This document shows, one piece after another, positions 48,055-55,394 of a DNA stretch of 64,000 nucleotides (positions are counted from its first letter, which is position 1; the number at the start of each line of letters is the position of its first letter). Made by a program: the position numbers and the translations under genes. The stretch covers positions 81,838 to 145,837 of the forward strand of contig JAKQIY010000076.1 of NCBI GenBank assembly GCA_029561455.1, in the 5' to 3' direction. The notes beneath the pieces are model-generated. The model saw only the letters and a list, made by a program, of their open reading frames with translations. It was not told where the DNA came from and made no database searches. The stretch comes from a bacterium (lineage in GTDB: Bacteria > Zhuqueibacterota > Zhuqueibacteria > Residuimicrobiales > Krinioviventaceae).

Positions 48055-48185
48055 AAATTCCCTGTTTAGAATTCCCTGACAGAATATAATTTTTCATTGT
48101 AACAATATTAAATATTAAACGCCGGAAATATATAATTAAGAAATAAATATTAATTATCCAACATCTTTCTCATATCTCCCAACAA

Positions 48186-48210
48186 AAAAAGGCAGCTTGT
48201 GCTGCCTTTT
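48186..48210. terminator. Rho-independent terminator (strongest on the minus strand, end of the esterase transcript)
   Basis: AAAAAAA-GGCAGC-TTGT-GCTGCC-TTTT. Confidence 0.7.
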
Positions 48211-48253
48211 CATTACTTGAAAATTTTTAGAACTAAATGTCCTGCCTTTTTTG

Positions 48254-48368
48254 CGCCCTGGGATGGGATTCCCAGGGCGAGCAAATCACGGTTTTTAAAG
48301 AAATGGTGGGATAAAATCCCACCCTACATTTTTTTATGTAAATCGCGCCGGGTAATGAAACCCGGCGC
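48254..48368. repeat. Three consecutive GC-rich REP-like hairpins in the esterase 3' region
   Basis: CGCCCTGGGA-TGGGAT-TCCCAGGGCG (48254-48279); GGTGGGAT-AAA-ATCCCACC (48305-48323); GCGCCGGGT-AATGAA-ACCCGGCGC (48345-48368). The third shares the CCGGGT-ATGAA-ACCCGG core with a hairpin at 58946-58965. Confidence 0.5.
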
Positions 48369-48384
48369 TATCTGGAGTAATTTT

Positions 48385-50037
48385 TTATTTCTGCAATGTC
48401 ATCATCTTGCTGGAAACAAAATCCCCGGCGGTGATGCGGTAAATATACGTTCCCGATGCCAGGCCGGCGCCGTCAAAGGTCACCTGGTTCAAGCCCGCAC
48501 CTCTTTTGCCTTTGCACAAATCGCGGACTTTTTGTCCCTGAATATTAAACAACTCGATTTTCACTTCCAGCGGTTTGCTGAGAGAAAACTCGATGGTGGT
48601 AACGGGATTGAACGGATTTGGATAATTCTGCCGCAACTGGATGGAACTGACCGTTGCCGCGGCATTGTCATCAATCCGCACCGGTTCGGGATTGTTCAGC
48701 TTGTTCTGCGCAAACACCCAGGGGAACAGGTACGGATAATCATACGATTCCGCCCACATCACATGACTCTTGTTTTCCCATTCGGTATACAGCAGCCGGG
48801 CGCCGCCTTCGGTAACCGCCTGCACTTCGGCGTCGCTCATGCCGGTGCAGTCGCCATAATTGCAATGCGTGTACACGCAATCCAGGCCCTGGCGTTCCAG
48901 CGCTTCAATCATCTTGCGCGATTCCGAAACCGGTACGGTATTATCCACTTCGCCATGGAAATTCCAGATGGGAATGTGTTTGATGCGCTGCACCTGGGTG
49001 GAATCGCCGCCGCCGCTCATGGGAATGGCGCAGGCAAATTTATCCGGAAAACGCTGTATGGCGTCCCATGTGCCATAACCGCCCAGGGACAGTCCGGTAA
49101 CATATAGCCGGTTTTCATCGACCGGGAACTCGCGGATCAGCGAATCGAGCATATCCATGACGCAGGTCATTTCATTGCTGATCGGCACTTCAAAGATGCG
49201 ATATGAATCGCGATTGTTAAAGTCATAATCATTCCAGGCGCCATCGGTCGGGCATTGCGGCACCACCACAAAGCAGGGATAATTTTTCTGGTTGGCGCTA
49301 TCCGCCCAACTGGTTGCCAGGCGATGCACGGAAATCGGCAGTTCATTATCCGTACCGCATTCCCCGGAGCCATGCAGCGCCAGCACTAACGGATAGGATT
49401 GATTCGGATCATATCCATCCGGAATGCACAGGCGATATGGCAGGGTGGTTTCGGTAAAGGTGTGCGAGCGATAATGGAATTTCTCTTCGATACGGATATG
49501 ATTGGGATCATCAGTTTCCGTTAATACAATAGCGTCCAGGTTCACTGTAACGCCACTTGTACCACCCAGGTTAAACTGTACCCGGTAATTCTGGTCAGAG
49601 CCATAATAATTAAGAGTGTATGGGCCAAAGGTTTGCGGGGTAGTGGTAAGAACAAGTTCCGGAGAACTCCATATAACAGTGTAATCGCCTGAACTTTCCA
49701 TGAACATGGCATGAATGGGATGTTCCATACTGGCGGAAGCCATAAAGCTGAATTGATATATCCGACCTTGTTCAAAAGGCCGGGATTGGTATACGATAAC
49801 ATCGCCTTCTGCTGACCCACCATTGGTAATAGATATTGCAAGGTAATTGGGGCCGGAAAGTAACCCATCACTATTTACAACGCTGGTATAAGCAGCTGGA
49901 TTGATTTTTTTCATCAGCCAACCGGTTTTACCGGAATCGAATTCGGGATTGGAAATGATATTATCCTGCGCCCACAAGATAATGGGAGTTAAAAATAAAA
50001 GGACAAACAGAATGATTCTTTTCATATCATGCTCCAT
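48385..50037 (-). CDS. Secreted alpha/beta-hydrolase (PHB-depolymerase/feruloyl-esterase-like) with C-terminal T9SS (Por_Secre_tail) sorting domain
   Basis: Signal peptide; esterase nucleophile elbow GLSLGGYG with LALHGSGE oxyanion-region motif; C-terminal 80 aa carry the hallmark NYPNPFNPVTTIEFSL...GTYIYRITAGDFVSSKMMTLQK. Confidence 0.8.
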   Translation of the reverse strand: MEHDMKRIILFVLLFLTPIILWAQDNIISNPEFDSGKTGWLMKKINPAAYTSVVNSDGLLSGPNYLAISITNGGSAEGDVIVYQSRPFEQGRIYQFSFMASASMEHPIHAMFMESSGDYTVIWSSPELVLTTTPQTFGPYTLNYYGSDQNYRVQFNLGGTSGVTVNLDAIVLTETDDPNHIRIEEKFHYRSHTFTETTLPYRLCIPDGYDPNQSYPLVLALHGSGECGTDNELPISVHRLATSWADSANQKNYPCFVVVPQCPTDGAWNDYDFNNRDSYRIFEVPISNEMTCVMDMLDSLIREFPVDENRLYVTGLSLGGYGTWDAIQRFPDKFACAIPMSGGGDSTQVQRIKHIPIWNFHGEVDNTVPVSESRKMIEALERQGLDCVYTHCNYGDCTGMSDAEVQAVTEGGARLLYTEWENKSHVMWAESYDYPYLFPWVFAQNKLNNPEPVRIDDNAAATVSSIQLRQNYPNPFNPVTTIEFSLSKPLEVKIELFNIQGQKVRDLCKGKRGAGLNQVTFDGAGLASGTYIYRITAGDFVSSKMMTLQK

Positions 50038-50232
50038 TTGTTTAAAAAGGTGATTTCCGGGAATGCTGCATCAAAATACATTAAATTTTGAAAAGAACCA
50101 AAAGAAAATTTTTTAAAAATAAATGCAGGAATCATCAAAAAATAGTGGTTGGTTACAAATGCAAACAAGCGGGCCACGGAAAAGCTGCCCGCCGCGTAAG
50201 GTTACTGAAAAGATTAGCAATATAGGGTGAGA

Positions 50233-51231
50233 TCAGGCGGATTGACGAATTATAAATTCAAGTTCGAATTTACGCTTTTCGACAGGTTTGGTTTTATCCT
50301 GAATACGGGCAATTAGCAGATCAATGGCGACATCGACCATATCGTCCAGCGGTTGGCGTATCGTCGTCAACTGGGGTTCCAACAGCGACGCAAACCACAG
50401 GTCGTCAAAACCGACAATTGCAAAATCATCCGGCACTTTATAGCCCAGGAGTTTGATACGGGATAAAAATCCGGAAGCGACATAATCGCCGCATACCACA
50501 AAAACTGCGGAGGGTTTATCGGCAAGGCTGTGGAAATAATCGGCGGCTTTAATTCCTTCCTGCGGTGAATAACTGGAACCGATATAAACATGCTGTGGAT
50601 TCATCTCCAGGCCAAATTCCCTCATGGTTTCGGTTACAGCCCCAATACGGCTGTCGATTAAATTCTTGTTTATTGAGCAACTTACCGCGCCGATTTTTTT
50701 GTGGCCCTTGCGAATCAAATACTTGGTGGCAACTTTGACGCTGTTTTTATTGTCAATTGCCACACAATCGATCCAGTCCAGATCGTTTTCAAAGATCACA
50801 ATCGGCAGATTCATACGCGCAACCAACTCCCGGTCGTCATCGGTCATATCGATGGCTTTATGCAGAATACCATCCAGCCGGCCTTCGCTGTTGAGTTGGT
50901 GATACAGGTGCGAGCGCCAATCCTCGCCCTTGTAGGCGCCATAGAGGATAATGTCGTAACCGGTATTGGCTATTTTACGGGTTACCGCTTTAATGGTGGC
51001 GGCATTGATCGGTTCGGAGAGGCCGGAGATGAGCACACCCAGGGTGTTGGTCTTGGAATGTACCAAGCCGCGCGCAGAGATATTGGGGACATAATTATAT
51101 TCCCGCGCCAGGGCCAGAATTTTTTCCCGGGTTTCGGCGCTGATCTTGGCTTTATTGTTAAGTACCATGGAAACAGTTGCCGGAGTAACTTTGGCCATTT
51201 CAGCAATATCTTTGATGGTAATTCTTTTCAT
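50233..51231 (-). CDS. LacI-family transcriptional regulator
   Basis: N-terminal HTH (IKDIAEMAKVTPATVSMVLNN) plus periplasmic-binding-protein-like sugar-binding core. Confidence 0.9.
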   Translation of the reverse strand: MKRITIKDIAEMAKVTPATVSMVLNNKAKISAETREKILALAREYNYVPNISARGLVHSKTNTLGVLISGLSEPINAATIKAVTRKIANTGYDIILYGAYKGEDWRSHLYHQLNSEGRLDGILHKAIDMTDDDRELVARMNLPIVIFENDLDWIDCVAIDNKNSVKVATKYLIRKGHKKIGAVSCSINKNLIDSRIGAVTETMREFGLEMNPQHVYIGSSYSPQEGIKAADYFHSLADKPSAVFVVCGDYVASGFLSRIKLLGYKVPDDFAIVGFDDLWFASLLEPQLTTIRQPLDDMVDVAIDLLIARIQDKTKPVEKRKFELEFIIRQSA

Positions 51232-51786
51232 AATTGTCCTGCACAGTTTAAACGCTTAATCATGATAATGATCTTTTATGGGTATTTTAACAGTTATTTT
51301 CTTGCCAGCGATGATATTCAGATTCATGTAACAAATTGATGAACCGGTTTATAATGGTAAACCGTTTAATTAACCATCCGGATTCCTTGCAAAGGCGAGT
51401 TTTCCTGATATATTTATCATTCCGGTATTGAAATATATAAAGATTATCCGGCATTATGCAAGTAATTATTAACCAAAATCATTTTAAATTGTATAAATGG
51501 CAGGGATTGGTGAATGAAAATTGCAAACGATTGCAAAAAAATATCTTTAACAGTATCTACATCCGGTTACGGGAGAGGGGTATGATGGAGCCCTGACCAG
51601 TCATTTTCAAATCTTTCTAAAAGATGGGACAAAACTCCATTCCACGCCTTGCATAAAATGAATTATCCGCAGATCAACGCAGATGGGAAATGCAGATTAA
51701 TGAGATTATAATAATGCAGGGATTCAAATATCGATGCATTATTGTGCAATAATCCTTTTCACTTTTATGTATTTCGCCGGGCACAC

Positions 51787-54700
51787 CTAATCCCTGACCA
51801 GACGAACTGAAAGGCCAAAATGCGTACTGTCGCCGATACGGTTCACAACTGAAAGACCATAACTCAGTGAGCGCTGCCAGGAGTAATCAGTATGGTACTC
51901 ACTAGCAGTCCAAAAGTAAGCAAAGGAATAAATATTAAAAAAACCGCCAAACATGTCACGTTGGCCGCCAGGCCGTGCTGTAAAACCACTGTAATTGGTA
52001 GCGCCGGTATTGGGCTCTCTCCAATGCCTAGTTCCGGTTTCTTTCAACTTGCCGCCTTCAGTGACCCCGCGGTGGCCGCTTCTGTCCGCTTCATACTGGT
52101 TCATGCCCAATGTAATTTCAAGCAGTTTCCATTCCGCTTCCGTGGGTACATGCCAGCCAACCGGGGCTAAATTGCTACTGTCGTTTACCGCGAACCAGTT
52201 ATACAGAACGCCGTAATCTGCGGCATTAGCGATGTCATTATTATAATAACACCAGGCGCCGGTTGAAGAATTAAACCATTCTGAATCGTCTGTAATATTC
52301 GGTATAGCATCTCCGTTACGGTAATGCGTTACCTGCAGGTTTTCCGCCATCCACCACTGGTCGCCGATTTTTACAGTTTGATAGACATTACCGTCAATAT
52401 CGGTAACTGTTCCTCTTTCATATGTAATAGTTGTAAAACGCCAGTTTTGGGACCAAGCGCTTGTTCCGGCAGCATTAGTAGCATTAACACGCCAGTAATA
52501 AGTAGTATCTTCAGACAGATTGGTAAGCTGGAAACTGGTTGTTACCAGACCGTTTTCCTCCAGAACCGGGGTGGTAAAAAGCGAATCGTTTGCTACCTGT
52601 AAATTATAAAAATCTACATTAGCAACTTCACTCCAGATCAGATATGTATTTAGATCAATATTGGCAGACCCATTAACGGGTGAAACCAGACCGGGGGGAT
52701 TGGGTATAATATGAGGCACAGTATTTCTGACACATCGAACAGAAAATCCATAATGCTTATTCAGGTTACCACGTCCAATATCTGAACCGTTATAAACCAG
52801 CTTGCGGCGCCAGGCGTTATTGGCGTCACCCTCGGTTGCGGACCAATAGTGGGCATCGGTTCCCATTTTCGAGTACCCGCCGGTATTGCTGTCCCGGAAA
52901 CCGCCTGGCCGCGCTGTAAAACCGCTTTCATTGGTAGCGCCGGTGTTGGGACTGTTCCAGTGCGCCTCGCCGGCCTCTTTTAATTTGCCACCCTCGGTTG
53001 TGCCGCGCCAGCCTACCTTGTCCGCATCAGTCTGACTCATGCCAAGGGCCATCTCCAGTTGCTTCCATTCCGTATCTGTCGGCACATGCCAGCCGTCCGG
53101 AGCGATATTGTTGCTATCAATCAGCGCAAACCAGTTATACAACAAGCCGTAATCGGCGGCGTAATTATTATCGTTTTGATAACAGCCGTAGGCGCCGCTC
53201 GTTAATCCTGCCCACTGCGTACTGTCTGTTATACCGGCTATTTCTTCGCCATTACAGTAATGCGTAACTCGCAGGTTCTCCGCCATCCACCACTGATCGC
53301 CGATCTTGACGGTGTGATAAACATTGCCGTCGATATCGGTAAGAAAACCTTGTGCAGTTGTGGTAAAACTCCAAACAGCCGACCAATCGCTTACGCCAAC
53401 CGCATTGATCGCATTTACACGCCAGTAAAAAGTAGTCCCTTCGGTAAGATTAGTGAGCTGGAAAGTGGTAGTTATCAGGCTATTTTCCTCAACAACCGGA
53501 GTGGTAAAAATCGAATCGGTTGCCACCTGCAAATTATAAAAATCTACATTGGACACTTCATTCCAGGATAAATATGTATTGACCTCAATATTGGCAGCAC
53601 CGTTTACAGGTGCAACCAGGCTGGGGGGATTGGGAATAATTTGCGGCGCGGTATTTCTGACACAACGAACTGAAAATCCATAATGCTTATCGAGATTGCC
53701 GCGTGCGATATCTGCACCATTATAAACCAGCTTGCGGCGCCAGGCGGTATTGGCGTCGCTTTCTGTGGCGCTCCAATAGTGGGCGTCGGTTCCCATTTTT
53801 GTGTACCCGCCGGTATTGCAGTCCCGGAAACCGCTTGGCCGCGCCGCAAAACCGCTTTCATTGGTAGCGCCGCTATTGGGACTGTTCCAGTGCGCCTCGC
53901 CGCTCTCTTTCAACTTGCCGCCTTCGGTTGTGCCTCGCCAGCCGATTTTATCCGCATCGGCCTGACTCATACCCAGAGTCATCTCCAGTTGCTTCCATTC
54001 CGCATCCGTCGGCACATGCCAGCCGGCCGGGGCAATGTTGTTGCTATCAATCAGCGCATACCAGTTATACAACAAGCCGTAATCGGTGGCGTAATTGTCA
54101 TCGTTATGATAACAGCCGTACGCGCCGGTGAATAAATCGGCCCATTGAGTGCTGTCGGTTATACCGGCTATTACAGCGCCGTTATTATAATGTGTTACCC
54201 GCAGGTTTTCCGCCATCCACCACTGGTCGCGGATCTTGACGGTGTGGTATACATTACCATCAAAATCGGTAACGGTGCGCAGCACAGTGATATCATTGGT
54301 CATATTTGAAATAATTTGCAGATCATGTTGAATTATAGTCTCGATATCCGCGCCGCTCACCCGCAGCAGGTACAGGTCGGATGCAGTTTTACCCAACCCG
54401 ATTGACCCGCCCGGCGCCGATGCCGTGGTAGATTGTCCGACAGTTTCAATGACACCCGTATGGCCGTCCAGCAGCAGCATTTTGCGGGTGAGACGGGTAT
54501 CACCAGCAATTAATGAATAGATATAAACCCCGGCGGAGACACCCTGGCCCTGTTCATTAGTACCGTTCCATACAATCCGTCCGTAAAGCCCGGACTGATA
54601 GCCGTCAAACAAGGTTTTGATCTTTTGTCCCAGCACATTATAGATTTCAAGGCGAATAGGGGACGGCCTGGCTAGCTCATAACTGATGACTGTTGATGGA

Positions 54701-55002
54701 TTGAAGGGATTGGGGTAATTTTGATACAAAATGAAAGAACCGGGCTGCCGGGTGATGACGTCGCCAATGCCGGTGGGGATGATTTGAAGCGAGTATTCGC
54801 CCTGGTCATTGGTCACATTACTGAATACCCGTGTCGAATCCGCCTGGTCGATCAGTTCCACCAGGGCGCCTTCTACCGGTTCATTGCCATTATCTCGTAC
54901 CACGCCGGTGACAATAATGTTCGCGAACAGGGTTTGACAAAACATAGCCACAAATCCAGCTATGAGATAAAAACGCGCGCTGTTAAACATAAAACCTCCC
55001 AC
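51787..55002 (-). CDS. Secreted multidomain protein: CarboxypepD_reg-like, Por_Secre_tail-like (N-proximal), Fn3 domains and three FISUMP (Fibrobacter succinogenes major paralogous, TIGR02145-like) domains
   Basis: Signal peptide; QNYPNPFNPSTVISYEL...VWNGTNEQGQGVSAGVYIY...KMLLLDG at aa 90-180; three repeats of the FISUMP signature (W)WMAENL...LYNW.A...APxGWHVPTDxEW..LE..LG...GG.LKE.G..HW..PN.GATN.SGF.A.P.G.R......G..A.YWS.T......A........GFSVRCVRN. Confidence 0.8.
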   Translation of the reverse strand: MGGFMFNSARFYLIAGFVAMFCQTLFANIIVTGVVRDNGNEPVEGALVELIDQADSTRVFSNVTNDQGEYSLQIIPTGIGDVITRQPGSFILYQNYPNPFNPSTVISYELARPSPIRLEIYNVLGQKIKTLFDGYQSGLYGRIVWNGTNEQGQGVSAGVYIYSLIAGDTRLTRKMLLLDGHTGVIETVGQSTTASAPGGSIGLGKTASDLYLLRVSGADIETIIQHDLQIISNMTNDITVLRTVTDFDGNVYHTVKIRDQWWMAENLRVTHYNNGAVIAGITDSTQWADLFTGAYGCYHNDDNYATDYGLLYNWYALIDSNNIAPAGWHVPTDAEWKQLEMTLGMSQADADKIGWRGTTEGGKLKESGEAHWNSPNSGATNESGFAARPSGFRDCNTGGYTKMGTDAHYWSATESDANTAWRRKLVYNGADIARGNLDKHYGFSVRCVRNTAPQIIPNPPSLVAPVNGAANIEVNTYLSWNEVSNVDFYNLQVATDSIFTTPVVEENSLITTTFQLTNLTEGTTFYWRVNAINAVGVSDWSAVWSFTTTAQGFLTDIDGNVYHTVKIGDQWWMAENLRVTHYCNGEEIAGITDSTQWAGLTSGAYGCYQNDNNYAADYGLLYNWFALIDSNNIAPDGWHVPTDTEWKQLEMALGMSQTDADKVGWRGTTEGGKLKEAGEAHWNSPNTGATNESGFTARPGGFRDSNTGGYSKMGTDAHYWSATEGDANNAWRRKLVYNGSDIGRGNLNKHYGFSVRCVRNTVPHIIPNPPGLVSPVNGSANIDLNTYLIWSEVANVDFYNLQVANDSLFTTPVLEENGLVTTSFQLTNLSEDTTYYWRVNATNAAGTSAWSQNWRFTTITYERGTVTDIDGNVYQTVKIGDQWWMAENLQVTHYRNGDAIPNITDDSEWFNSSTGAWCYYNNDIANAADYGVLYNWFAVNDSSNLAPVGWHVPTEAEWKLLEITLGMNQYEADRSGHRGVTEGGKLKETGTRHWREPNTGATNYSGFTARPGGQRDMFGGFFNIYSFAYFWTASEYHTDYSWQRSLSYGLSVVNRIGDSTHFGLSVRLVRD
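52200..54060 (-). repeat. Intragenic tandem duplication (about 930-bp unit, two copies at roughly 90% nt identity, plus partial third) inside the FISUMP gene
   Basis: For example 52591-53130 aligns with 53521-54060 base-for-base with scattered substitutions (...ccaggcgttattggcgtcaccctcggttgcggaccaatagtgggcatcggttcccatttt... versus ...ccaggcggtattggcgtcgctttctgtggcgctccaatagtgggcgtcggttcccatttt...). Confidence 0.8.
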
Positions 55003-55394
55003 AAGAAATATAAATTTTATGAGAAATCACATTTTGCAAGGAGCAGCCATGTCATAATGGAAGGGGAATGATTAAATATCGTAAAGTTCCCGGTTGTTTG
55101 CAAGGGGAATTTGGCAAAACAGAAACTTTTTTATCTTTACGGTTGCGCCGGGATTCATATAGCGGGGCTGGAAATGGGTAGGATGAGATTCTATCCCACC
55201 ATTACAAAAACCAAAGTGTTCTGTATAAAATGATTTATCCGCAGATGACGCAGATTAACGCAGATTTGATTCTCAGAAACCTTGAAGTATATATAACAAT
55301 TACTTATGTAGAGACAAGGCATACCTTGTCTCTACAAAGAAGATCTTTTACGAACCGTGATATGAAACCCGGCCCGTTTGGTTAATAAAATAGC

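Noticed and set aside
48199-49107. 302 aa plus-strand ORF (and other long antisense ORFs such as 40395..40853, 50701..51339, 53683..54135, 59620..63360 series)
   Set aside because: All lie antisense to well-supported GC-rich genes (esterase, aldolase, LacI, FISUMP, lhr). Their translations are low-complexity, Arg/Ala/Gly-rich with no motifs, the expected artefact of stop-codon depletion in GC-rich DNA.
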